Shown: in pieces, positions 15,438 through 24,169 of the stretch
Layout: every line of letters begins with the position of its first letter
Numbering within the stretch: position 1 is the first letter of the stretch
Virus record (IMG/VR): IMGVR_UViG_3300030372_002441
Coordinates: 1 to 37,964 of that record
Strand: one strand, 5' to 3'
DNA length: 37,964 nt
Source of the DNA: a virus
Taxonomy: Duplodnaviria; Caudoviricetes
The notes under the pieces: model-generated
Database searches by the model: none
What the model saw: the letters and a program-made list of their open reading frames with translations, nothing else
What the model was told of the DNA's origin: nothing
Translations under genes and position numbers: made by a program

Positions 15438-17440
15438 AACGCACTCTTAGAAAAGAGCTATACAGACCAAGAAGCCGAAGAATAAACACTAATGCTGAGT
15501 TGCGTAAAACAACTTTACTTAGAAATAATCTTTCAAGAACATTTAATAGAAAGCTAATTACAACCTTTAATAGTTTCGTTAGAGAGGAAACAGATGCTTT
15601 AGATAACAGTCAGAGCTTTGTGATTGAAAAGGCAGTACGAAATCTAAATGACAAACTCACGCCTTTATTTGAATCTGAATATAGAAAGGTATTTTCTATC
15701 GTTTATAGAAATAATGAAAAGAAATATGAACAAGATAAGAAACAAGATGGAACTGTATTTGGCAGAAATGTTTACTTAGACCCAGTTATCAAAAAGTTTT
15801 TAGAAGATAGAAGCAGAATTTTTTCAGGCATAACCATCCAAATGTCCAGAAAGCTAAGAGATATCATTGCTCAAGAATTTGAGTCAGGACAAACCTTGCC
15901 ACAAATCACATCTGCAATCAGAAAAGAGTTTGGATTTTTCTCAAGAAGGAGAGCCAATTTAATAGCTAGAACAGAAACCCATACAGCACTTGGGTTTGCT
16001 AATCACGATTACCATAAAAACTTTCAAGCTGATACAGGCATTACCATGTTAAAAAGATGGAGAGCTACCAATGATGCTAGGACAAGAAGTTTTCATAGTG
16101 AAGCAAATGGTCAGACAGTACCGATGGATGAAAAGTTTACAGTTGGTGGTGCTGAGATGGATTATGTTGGAGACCCTGCAGGTGGTGCTAAGAATGTTAT
16201 TAACTGTAGGTGTGTTGTTATTTATGTGGATGAACAAGATGTAGTAGATGGAGTTCCTGCAACAGAAGTGAAACCAGATAATCCTTTTGGTGATACAGAT
16301 TCAGTTGAACTTACTTATCATAAAGATGCTCTTTGGGACAGGGGTGAAGATAATGTTTTAGGAGTTGTCAAAAGGAGTTCTCCTTTATCTGGAAGTGTAA
16401 ACACAAAAAGCAGTACTTCTTTTTTTAGACCAAAAGATAGATCAATAACTATGAATTCAGATTATGGTCTTAGTAAAACAAATTCTGTATGGAGACATGA
16501 GTTTGGACATGCAATTGATACAGATGAAAAATTCATAAATTTTATTAACAATTTAGATGATGATGTTCGCAAGAATTTAGGTTTTACAAATGTTGATATT
16601 ACAAATATGAATAAAACAAGGAATATATCAGCATTAATAACAAGAAAAATAGCTGCAGATTCTAAAAAACTTGACGTGATAAATAAGGCAAACAAACAAA
16701 AATTTGGCTTAGAGGTTTATAATGATAAAAGTGTAGGCATTGGGAGTGGAATGACAAATGCACGAAATTCATTTTTAAAGAAATTTGGTCTAAATAAAGA
16801 AAAAATTCTAACAGATGATACAGGTCAATTTCTTAATATTTCAGATTCAGGTAAATATGTAAAAATTACAAAAGCAGATTTTAAGAAAAAAATAAGAGCT
16901 TATCTAAAAGACACAAATGGATTTATAGATACAAAATTTCTTGATGATGTAATAAGTGCAGGTAATGGTGGAATAAATCCATTCACCGACAAAGACTGGG
17001 TTGATACATTAATAAGTAAGTTATCCTTTGAAGATGATATTTTGAGGATTGATTATTTTACAGATGATTTACTTGGTAAATTAGCATCTATTAAAAATAA
17101 TGCAAATTTCAAAGATTCTTCATTTTATGAAGATATTTATAATTTATTCAAAGATACAGGAACTATGGTTTCAAGTAATGAGGAATGGCTTATGTTTAGT
17201 GACTTTGTTGGTTCAGTATCAAATAATATTGTTGGTAAAGGACATAGTGATTTTTATTACGGACAATTTTCTAAATTATTAGGTGGTATAACTAATGGAA
17301 ACACAACAGAAGCAATAGCTAATTATACAACCCTTATGAGTAGTGGACACTCTGCATTTTATAGAAAACTGCTAGAAGAATTAATTCCAGAAACTATGAA
17401 AGCATTTGATGATTTGTTTGAACTTTTAAATCAAATTTAA
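15434..17440 (+). CDS. Head morphogenesis protein (MuF / SPP1 gp7 family) with C-terminal zincin-like domain
   Basis: RANLIARTET, KRW.ATND.RTR..H, GDP, NVINCRC; C-terminal HEFGH (16496-16510) and TEAIA. Confidence 0.88.
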   Translation: MKRTLRKELYRPRSRRINTNAELRKTTLLRNNLSRTFNRKLITTFNSFVREETDALDNSQSFVIEKAVRNLNDKLTPLFESEYRKVFSIVYRNNEKKYEQDKKQDGTVFGRNVYLDPVIKKFLEDRSRIFSGITIQMSRKLRDIIAQEFESGQTLPQITSAIRKEFGFFSRRRANLIARTETHTALGFANHDYHKNFQADTGITMLKRWRATNDARTRSFHSEANGQTVPMDEKFTVGGAEMDYVGDPAGGAKNVINCRCVVIYVDEQDVVDGVPATEVKPDNPFGDTDSVELTYHKDALWDRGEDNVLGVVKRSSPLSGSVNTKSSTSFFRPKDRSITMNSDYGLSKTNSVWRHEFGHAIDTDEKFINFINNLDDDVRKNLGFTNVDITNMNKTRNISALITRKIAADSKKLDVINKANKQKFGLEVYNDKSVGIGSGMTNARNSFLKKFGLNKEKILTDDTGQFLNISDSGKYVKITKADFKKKIRAYLKDTNGFIDTKFLDDVISAGNGGINPFTDKDWVDTLISKLSFEDDILRIDYFTDDLLGKLASIKNNANFKDSSFYEDIYNLFKDTGTMVSSNEEWLMFSDFVGSVSNNIVGKGHSDFYYGQFSKLLGGITNGNTTEAIANYTTLMSSGHSAFYRKLLEELIPETMKAFDDLFELLNQI

Positions 17441-17700
17441 TACAAGGCATTTGCAGGAAAGTTAGACTCCAAAATTTCATTCATAACATCCGTATCAACT
17501 TTTGTATTTTGCTCAATTGACTGATTGAAATACGTTGTTAATTTTTTGACTAACTCTCTGTCTAAAGGATTAACTAATTCTAGTAGATATAAATTAGCTA
17601 AACTTGGTCTAGTATCTTGCAAGGCATTGCGATACTTAGTTGCAAGAGCATTTAGCTTCCTATCACCAAAATCATCTATCTGTGGAATTTTTATAGTCAT
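17437..17700 (-). CDS. Hypothetical protein, candidate immunity partner of the MuF C-terminal domain
   Basis: 87 aa; convergent with MuF, the two stop codons overlapping in TTAA. Confidence 0.55.
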   Translation of the reverse strand: MTIKIPQIDDFGDRKLNALATKYRNALQDTRPSLANLYLLELVNPLDRELVKKLTTYFNQSIEQNTKVDTDVMNEILESNFPANALY

Positions 17701-17744
17701 AAATAAGATTTAAAATTTAAACATAAAAGATGTAAAGCTGTCTA

Positions 17745-17936
17745 TTAAACATACCCTGATTTTTTCATTATATTATTAAGAATTTCATACCTCTCAGTGT
17801 TGTACTTTATGTTTTCACTTGGAATAGGATTGCCATAATTATCAGTTCCTAAAGTCCATTGAAAAACTTCATTACGTTCAACATCTACACAATCAGCTAA
17901 AATATCTATTTCCTTTTTTGTTAAATTTATTTTCAT
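17745..17936 (-). CDS. Hypothetical protein (moron-like, antisense within the head genes)
   Basis: AGGA SD and own promoter upstream. Confidence 0.7.
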   Translation of the reverse strand: MKINLTKKEIDILADCVDVERNEVFQWTLGTDNYGNPIPSENIKYNTERYEILNNIMKKSGYV

Positions 17937-17978
17937 TTTAATTTCCTGCCTTTCGGCTTTTTTTCAATTACAAAGTCC

Positions 17979-18019
17979 ATAATAATCATAATTATCAAGA
18001 AATCAACCCCTTTTGGGTT
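17979..18019 (-). promoter_or_regulatory. Leftward promoter with overlapping palindrome (copy 6)
   Basis: TTGATT-16-TATTAT; AACCCCTTTTGGGTT at 18005-18019. Confidence 0.75.
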
Positions 18020-18054
18020 TTAAATAGGATTTATTTTAGTATCCCCACTAAATA

Positions 18055-18083
18055 TTGTGTAATATTAGGGTTTGTATTACTAT
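18055..18083 (+). promoter_or_regulatory. Candidate rightward promoter for the protease-capsid genes
   Basis: TTGTGT-17-TACTAT ending 9 nt before the ATG; no SD, so the transcript would be nearly leaderless. Confidence 0.4.
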
Positions 18084-18092
18084 ATATAGAAA

Positions 18093-19148
18093 ATGCCTAT
18101 ACCAAAACCAAGAACGACAGAATCTAGGCAACAATTTTTAGATAGATGTATGGGAGATAAGACTATGGTTGATGAATATTCAGATTCAGGACAAAGATCA
18201 GCAGTCTGTAACAGTAGTTATAATTCATATAAAGAAGATTCTTTAGAAGGCAAAGAGGAAGTCAGAGAAGACGTTTTTACAACAGAGGAAGAAGCTCTAG
18301 CAAGAGCAGAGGAAATTGGATGCAGTGGGACTCATACCCACGATGATGATGGCAATTTAGTATTTATGCCATGTTCCAGTCATGCAGATTACACGAGATT
18401 AACAGGAAGAGAACTTAGTGGTTATGGTTATGGAATGGGCAAAAAACCTAAAAAGAAAAAACCAAAGAAAAAAGAAGAAGCTGAATTTATAGATTATAAA
18501 ACTGAATTTAAAGGTAAGTATTTAGAAGAGGAAGAAGACAAAGACTATGGAGTGTTTGAAGGGTATGGGTCGGTCTTTGGCAATAAAGATTTAGGCAATG
18601 ATGTTATAGAAGAGGGAGCTTTCATGCGAACTCTAAAAAGAAAAAAACCGAATCAGATCAAACTTTTATATCAACATAAAACAGATATGCCGATTGGGGT
18701 CTTTGATGAAATTAGAGAAGACAGTAAAGGTTTATATGTAAAAGGTAGACTTGCCCTGCAAACACAAGCAGGTAAAGAAGCGTATGAACTTATGAAAATG
18801 GGTGCATTAGATGGTCTTAGTATTGGCTTTAGGGTAAATCCCAAAGAAGTTGAATACGATAGACGTGCCAATAAAAGAATTATCAAAGAAGCAGAATTAA
18901 TGGAAGTATCACTTGTTACTTTTCCGATGAATCCTAAAGCTACGATTCAATCAGTGAAAGGCGAAGATATTTCAATTAGAGAATGGGAGAATGGACTGCG
19001 AGATGCTTTCAATCTATCACGTTCTGAAGCAAAAGTGGCAGCAGGTGCTGTACACAAGTCGTTTGATCAGCGAGATGCTGATAATACAACACAACTCTTA
19101 GACGAGATAAAAAACTTAACTGAAACCTTAAAAATTCTTAATAATTAG
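18093..19148 (+). CDS. HK97-family prohead protease with N-terminal extension
   Basis: FEGYGSVFGNKD, LLYQH, PIG, GLSIGF, EVSLVTFPMN. Confidence 0.93.
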   Translation: MPIPKPRTTESRQQFLDRCMGDKTMVDEYSDSGQRSAVCNSSYNSYKEDSLEGKEEVREDVFTTEEEALARAEEIGCSGTHTHDDDGNLVFMPCSSHADYTRLTGRELSGYGYGMGKKPKKKKPKKKEEAEFIDYKTEFKGKYLEEEEDKDYGVFEGYGSVFGNKDLGNDVIEEGAFMRTLKRKKPNQIKLLYQHKTDMPIGVFDEIREDSKGLYVKGRLALQTQAGKEAYELMKMGALDGLSIGFRVNPKEVEYDRRANKRIIKEAELMEVSLVTFPMNPKATIQSVKGEDISIREWENGLRDAFNLSRSEAKVAAGAVHKSFDQRDADNTTQLLDEIKNLTETLKILNN

Positions 19149-19157
19149 GAGGACATT

Positions 19158-20372
19158 ATGTCAGAAGATATTAAGAACAGCATAAACGATCTTGGAAGTG
19201 CTTTTGAAGAATTTAAAAAAGTAAATGATGAGAGACTTGAAGCTGTAGAAAAAGGCGATGGAACAGCGTATTTAGACGAGAAGTTAGAAAAGATTGAAGC
19301 CAAACTTGATTCTTATGAAGACTTAAATCAAAAAATGACTGTTGCAGAGCAAAATGCAACTGATGTTAAGGGACAACTTGATAAGCTAGAAACAGTTCTG
19401 AAAAGACCTAACTCTGGTTTTGATACAAAATCCATTGACGAAAGTTTACAAACTTTTGATGCGTATTGCAGAAAAGGTTTTGATGCTTTAACAGATGCAG
19501 AAAAGAAAGCACTTACAGTAAGTAATGATTCAACAGGTGGTTATTTAGCACCACCAGAATATGTGAGAGAACTGTTAAAAACAGTAACAGAGATTTCACC
19601 TATTAGAAGTATTGCTAGAGTAAGAAGCACAGGTGCAAGAAGTATCCAAGTTCCAAAAAGAACAGGTACATTCTCTGCAGAATGGGTTGCTGAAAGTGGA
19701 ACAAGATCAGAGACTACTGGATATCAAGTAGGTCTTGAAGAAATCCCTGCACATGAGCATTACGCTTTAGTGGACATTTCTGAACAAGACTTAGAAGATT
19801 CAGTCTTTGACTTAGAAGCAGAAATGCAATCTGAATTTAGTACACAATTTGCAAAAGCTGAAGGTGCTGCATTTGTGAGTGGTAACGCTGTTGGTAAACC
19901 AGAAGGATTTATGACTAATAGCAGTGTATCTTCTGTTAATTCAGGAAATGGCACAGCTTTATTAGCAGATGGTCTTTTATCATTGGTTCATTCAATTAAA
20001 TCTGAATATGCATCTAATGCTACTTTTGTTCTAAACAGAAACACATTAGCTGATATTAGAAAATTGAAAGATACAGCAGGACAATATGTATTCCAAGCAG
20101 GGATGAACCTTATTTCTGGTGTACCTAACACCATTCTTGGTTATCCTTATGTGGAAGCTACAGATATGCCAAATGTAGGTGCAAATGCATTCCCTATAGC
20201 ATTTGGAGACTTCAACAGAGGTTATCTGATTGTAGATAGAGTTGCACTTGCAGTTCTAAGAGACCCATTCACACAAGCAACTACTGGTAATGTAAGATAC
20301 ATTGCTAGAAGAAGAGTCGGTGGACAGGTCGTTCAAGCAGAAGCAATAGTTAAACAAAAAGTATCAGCGTAA
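19158..20372 (+). CDS. Major capsid protein, HK97 fold
   Basis: N-terminal coiled-coil delta domain, GGYLAPPE, LKDTAGQY, TILGYP, FGDF, RVGG; AGGAGG SD. Confidence 0.96.
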   Translation: MSEDIKNSINDLGSAFEEFKKVNDERLEAVEKGDGTAYLDEKLEKIEAKLDSYEDLNQKMTVAEQNATDVKGQLDKLETVLKRPNSGFDTKSIDESLQTFDAYCRKGFDALTDAEKKALTVSNDSTGGYLAPPEYVRELLKTVTEISPIRSIARVRSTGARSIQVPKRTGTFSAEWVAESGTRSETTGYQVGLEEIPAHEHYALVDISEQDLEDSVFDLEAEMQSEFSTQFAKAEGAAFVSGNAVGKPEGFMTNSSVSSVNSGNGTALLADGLLSLVHSIKSEYASNATFVLNRNTLADIRKLKDTAGQYVFQAGMNLISGVPNTILGYPYVEATDMPNVGANAFPIAFGDFNRGYLIVDRVALAVLRDPFTQATTGNVRYIARRRVGGQVVQAEAIVKQKVSA

Positions 20373-20386
20373 GCGAGGGGTAAATT

Positions 20387-20836
20387 ATGAAAGATTTAGC
20401 AAATAATATAAGTATTGCACAATCAATCGCACCTGTTGTTGGTACAAGTGATACTAATGGCACTGGTGTAGATTTGCAGTTTTTTGAATCTGCAACAGCA
20501 GTTGTTGATACTGGTGTAGAAGGAGATACTCTTTCATCATCAGTAAAAATTGACTTTAAACTAGAAGATTCAGATGATGACTCAACTTATACAGCAGTTA
20601 CAAGTGCATTGCATGTGACTGATGGTTCTGTTGATTCTAATGGAATTTTCTTAACTTTAGATGCAAATGCAGAAACTCCACAAGTAACCTCAATTGGTTA
20701 TGTCGGTGGAAAAAGATATCTTAGAGTTGTAGCCGATTTTACAGGTTCACACTCTAATGGTACTCCGTTAGCTGCAAGTATTATCAAAGGAAGTCCAAGA
20801 CACAACACTGATGCAGATAGTTTATCAACTGCATAA
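20387..20836 (+). CDS. Putative capsid decoration / accessory head protein
   Basis: Follows the MCP; beta-rich, G.GVD..., GYVGGKRYLRV. Confidence 0.6.
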   Translation: MKDLANNISIAQSIAPVVGTSDTNGTGVDLQFFESATAVVDTGVEGDTLSSSVKIDFKLEDSDDDSTYTAVTSALHVTDGSVDSNGIFLTLDANAETPQVTSIGYVGGKRYLRVVADFTGSHSNGTPLAASIIKGSPRHNTDADSLSTA

Positions 20837-20849
20837 TTGATGAATACTA

Positions 20850-20877
20850 GGGGAGGATAAAACCTCCCCACTTTAAA
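20850..20877 (+). terminator. Stem-loop after the capsid genes (weak terminator or mRNA stabiliser)
   Basis: GGGGAGG-ATAAAA-CCTCCCC followed by ACTTTAAA. Confidence 0.55.
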
Positions 20878-20888
20878 GAGGATTTAAA

Positions 20889-21251
20889 ATGGCAAAAAAA
20901 TATAAAATCATAGTTCCAAAACCATGTGCAATTGATGAAGATGGATTGCATGTAGAGTTGATGAAAGCTGATGAAATAGTAGATGCAGATAACGATGTTA
21001 TGAAAGCAAACATGGAAACTTTTGTGCAAAATGGTTGGGCAATGGAAGTTAAAGTAGATGCACCAGAGGAAACTGCAGACTTAGAAGCAGAAGCAAAGCC
21101 AAAAAGAGCAAGAAACAAAAAAGGTCAACTTAAAGCTGATGACCCATCAACCCCAGATGTTAATGAAGCATGGGAAGGTGGCAAAGCACCAAAGAAGACA
21201 ACAAAGAAAAAAACAACAGCTAAAAAGACTACTAAAAAGAAAAGTAGCTAA
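20889..21251 (+). CDS. Hypothetical head-region protein with Lys/Thr-rich tail
   Basis: GAGG SD; RARNKKGQLKADDPSTPDVNEAW motif; KKTT repeats. Confidence 0.75.
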   Translation: MAKKYKIIVPKPCAIDEDGLHVELMKADEIVDADNDVMKANMETFVQNGWAMEVKVDAPEETADLEAEAKPKRARNKKGQLKADDPSTPDVNEAWEGGKAPKKTTKKKTTAKKTTKKKSS

Positions 21252-21442
21252 TGGCTAGACCAAACACAATTAGCACCATTGAAGCATTTGAAAAAGAGTG
21301 TGCAATACGCTTTGAAAATATAGACAAACGCTTTGATAGTGGTTCTAAAAGATTTGATAAATTAGAGTATTTAATTTACGGACAATATGGTTTAATAGTT
21401 ACTGCTATGATCGGATTGTTCATAGATAAACTTTTTAATTAA
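21251..21442 (+). CDS. Small coiled-coil protein with C-terminal TM segment
   Basis: TAATG coupling; EKECAIRF..I.KRF...LE, then a hydrophobic helix. Confidence 0.65.
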   Translation: MARPNTISTIEAFEKECAIRFENIDKRFDSGSKRFDKLEYLIYGQYGLIVTAMIGLFIDKLFN

Positions 21443-21454
21443 CAGGAGAAAGAT

Positions 21455-21634
21455 ATGTCAGACGACAATACACAAAATTCACAAGTAAACTTTGAGTCTT
21501 TATATTTACAAGCACAGCAAGAGATTGCTAACTTACAACACCAAATTAGATTATTAGCATTACAAATTAATGAAATGCAATCTGATAATAGTGTAGCTGT
21601 AGATACAAAGGCAGATAAGAAAAAATCTAATTAG
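21455..21634 (+). CDS. Small coiled-coil protein, 59 aa (not in ORF track)
   Basis: AGGAG SD; MSDDNTQNSQVNFESLYLQAQQEIANLQHQIRLLALQINEMQ...; fills the gap between neighbours. Confidence 0.7.
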   Translation: MSDDNTQNSQVNFESLYLQAQQEIANLQHQIRLLALQINEMQSDNSVAVDTKADKKKSN

Positions 21635-21642
21635 AGGGTAAT

Positions 21643-22308
21643 ATGGCAGGTCTTGTTGTCCATACTGAACCTGCTTCAGAACCTTTATCACAATCAGAAA
21701 CTAAATCTTATTTAAGAGTCACTGATAGTGGTGATGATGCATTAATTACATCATTAATTGTTACTGCAAGAAAAATTGCAGAAGAACACATGAGCAGAGC
21801 CATTATCACGCAAACTATGAGACTGTTTATAGACTCCATAGATGTTTATAGAGAACCTTTATTTGATGGGATTAGAACAGGAGCAGACTTAAATTATCAT
21901 AAAAATTTTATTGATTTACCTTTTCCAGAGGTCACTGCAATTAGTCATGTAAAAGCTTATGATGATAGTGATACAGCTACCACTTTTGCTAGTTCCAAAT
22001 ATTATTTAGATAATGCAAGGCAACCTGCCAGATTAGTTCTAAGGACTGGTGAAACATTTCCAACTGCTTTAAGAGTAGCAAATGCAATAGAGGTTCAATA
22101 TGTAACAGGATATGCAGATGCAAGTTCTGTACCTGCACCAATAAAGATTGCTCTACTACAGATAGTGGCTTTTCTTTATGAGCAAAGAGGTGATGGTATT
22201 GATTATCTACAACAACGAGAGGGTATTCCAAATACTGTTAGAACGCTTCTTGCACCTTATATAGTGTATTCTGGTTTAGGCAGTTCTAAGATCATGCAAC
22301 TAGGATAA
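21643..22308 (+). CDS. Head-tail connector / adaptor (gp6-like, long type)
   Basis: EPLS..E.KSYLRV..DDALI..LI..AR...E; VPAPIK.A.LQIVA.LYEQR. Confidence 0.88.
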   Translation: MAGLVVHTEPASEPLSQSETKSYLRVTDSGDDALITSLIVTARKIAEEHMSRAIITQTMRLFIDSIDVYREPLFDGIRTGADLNYHKNFIDLPFPEVTAISHVKAYDDSDTATTFASSKYYLDNARQPARLVLRTGETFPTALRVANAIEVQYVTGYADASSVPAPIKIALLQIVAFLYEQRGDGIDYLQQREGIPNTVRTLLAPYIVYSGLGSSKIMQLG

Positions 22309-22634
22309 TGGCAGGTCTTGGCAAGTTTAGACACTTTATAACTCTTCAAGGACAAGGAACATCCAGAGATGCAGGTGGTGGTATAAGTTCTGGATTTAGC
22401 ACCATCGCTTCCGTATACGCTAATGTAGTGCCTAAAAGTGGTAAAGAGGTATACAAACAAGGGAAGTTGATTGGGAGTGTCACACACGAGATTACAATTC
22501 GTTATAGGACAGATATTACTAACGCATCACGGATTAGTTTTAACAACAAACTCTTTAACATCAGATCAATCATAGACATTGACCAAAGAAACCGATATTT
22601 AAAATTAATGTGTGAAGAAGGGGTGGCTACATGA
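22308..22634 (+). CDS. Head closure / head-tail adaptor (SPP1 gp16-like)
   Basis: G.FRH.ITLQ, RD..GG, THEITIRYR.DI, FNI.SI. Confidence 0.88.
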   Translation: MAGLGKFRHFITLQGQGTSRDAGGGISSGFSTIASVYANVVPKSGKEVYKQGKLIGSVTHEITIRYRTDITNASRISFNNKLFNIRSIIDIDQRNRYLKLMCEEGVAT

Positions 22635-23065
22635 CAATAAAGAACATTAAGTCCTTCCAAAAGCAATTAGATAAATATTTAAACCAAAATCCATCCAAAA
22701 ACGCAAAAAAAGCTGTTGGTCGTGGGGTCATGCTTGTAAAAGGAACAGCACAAGAAAGTATTACAGCAGGTGGTAAAAGTGGTATTGAATATCAAAAATA
22801 TAATCCTAGAAGAATACATAGAGCTTCTAAAGAAGGTGAAGCACCTGCAAGTGATACAGGTTTTCTTGTGGCTAATATATCTATGAATGTTAAAACAGAA
22901 ACCGATGGTTCTGTAGTTGGTCAAATTATTTCTTCTGCACCATATTCAAAATTTTTAGAGTTTGGAACAGTTGAAATACAACCTAGACCATTTATGCAAC
23001 CTGCATTAGAAAAAAACAAAAAAAAGATTATAAATATATTTAAACAAGAAGGTGTAATTAAATGA
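22631..23065 (+). CDS. HK97 gp10-family neck / tail completion protein
   Basis: AP.SDTG.L..NI, YSKFLEFGT...PRPFMQPA. Confidence 0.88.
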   Translation: MTIKNIKSFQKQLDKYLNQNPSKNAKKAVGRGVMLVKGTAQESITAGGKSGIEYQKYNPRRIHRASKEGEAPASDTGFLVANISMNVKTETDGSVVGQIISSAPYSKFLEFGTVEIQPRPFMQPALEKNKKKIINIFKQEGVIK

Positions 23066-23466
23066 GCATTGGTCAATTTGCATTACAATCCACAATTTTT
23101 AGTACACTCAACAATGACAATACACTTACAAATACACTTGGAGCAGGTGTGTTTGATGAGGTGTTAGAGAATGCAACATATCCATTTGTTTCAATTGGGG
23201 AAGAAACAGCAGTTGATTACAGCACAAAAGACCTTGATGGTGGTGAATTTACAATCAATATACACGTTTGGTCACAATACAAGGGAGCAAAGCAAACAAA
23301 GGAAATTATGGACAGAGTTCACGATTTATTGCATGATAGTAGTTTAAGTGTCAGTGGATTTAATCTTATAAATTTAAGATTTGAGTTTTCTGATATACTA
23401 AGAGACCCAGATGGTGTAACTAGACATGGAGTCATGCGATTCCGAGCAATAATATTAGGAAGCTAA
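23062..23466 (+). CDS. Tail terminator (DUF3168-like)
   Basis: ALQ..IF..L, YPFVSIGE, IHVWS, TRHGVMRFRA; position before the tail tube. Confidence 0.85.
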   Translation: MSIGQFALQSTIFSTLNNDNTLTNTLGAGVFDEVLENATYPFVSIGEETAVDYSTKDLDGGEFTINIHVWSQYKGAKQTKEIMDRVHDLLHDSSLSVSGFNLINLRFEFSDILRDPDGVTRHGVMRFRAIILGS

Positions 23467-23487
23467 TATATTTTTTAGGAGATAAAA

Positions 23488-23931
23488 ATGGCAGCACAAA
23501 AAGGTAAAGATGTCTTGATGAAGATAAACACCTCTGGTTCAACATTTGTAACTATTGGTGGTCTTAGATCAACTTCAATCACACTCAATGATGAAGCAGT
23601 AGATATTACTAATAAAGACAGTGCAGGAACACGAACTTTATTAGCAGGTGCAGGAGTTAATAGTATTTCTATTAGTGGTTCAGGAGTCTTTACAGATTCT
23701 ACAGCAGAAGCACTTGTAAGAACTACATTTTCTGCACAACAAAATACATCTGATGGCTCATCTGCACAAACACCTGCTTTTAAAAACTTTCAATTTTTAA
23801 TTCCAGATTTAGGAACATATACTGGTGCTTTTATGATTGCAAGTATGGAGTTTGCAGGAGAGTTTAATGGTGAAGCAACCTACTCATTCTCATTTGAATC
23901 TGCAGGTTACATAACATTTGCAGCAGTGTAA
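23488..23931 (+). CDS. Major tail tube protein (TP901-1 / GTA-like)
   Basis: MAAQKGKD.L.K, GGLRS.SI.LN.E.VD.TNKDS, G.F.I.S.EFAGE.NGE.TYS.SFESAG. Confidence 0.92.
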   Translation: MAAQKGKDVLMKINTSGSTFVTIGGLRSTSITLNDEAVDITNKDSAGTRTLLAGAGVNSISISGSGVFTDSTAEALVRTTFSAQQNTSDGSSAQTPAFKNFQFLIPDLGTYTGAFMIASMEFAGEFNGEATYSFSFESAGYITFAAV

Positions 23932-23932
23932 A

Positions 23933-24169
23933 ATGCCTGAAGTAAAAATTAAAGTTGGTAAAGAAAACCTTGATGGTCTTCTTATTGGTGATGAACTTAT
24001 ATTAAGTAATGATCTTGAAGTAGGCGATTCTATTAATATAGATGGGAAGGATGTCAAGGTTTTAGAAACTGTAGTTGACACAAGAGATAATGTTTTAAAA
24101 GTAAAACTTGCAAAGGCAAGTAAATCTAAGGAGAAAAAGTCAGATGACAGTAAACAAGTTAAAGGGTGA
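23933..24169 (+). CDS. Hypothetical tail-region protein
   Basis: ATG 23933 immediately after the tail tube stop; beta-rich. Confidence 0.65.
   Translation: MPEVKIKVGKENLDGLLIGDELILSNDLEVGDSINIDGKDVKVLETVVDTRDNVLKVKLAKASKSKEKKSDDSKQVKG

Noticed and set aside
6010-18019. CRISPR array, REP or IS ends as the explanation for the AACCC-N5-GGGTT repeats
   Set aside because: Copies are dispersed with no regular spacers, no transposase is present, and each is in fixed register with a -35 box
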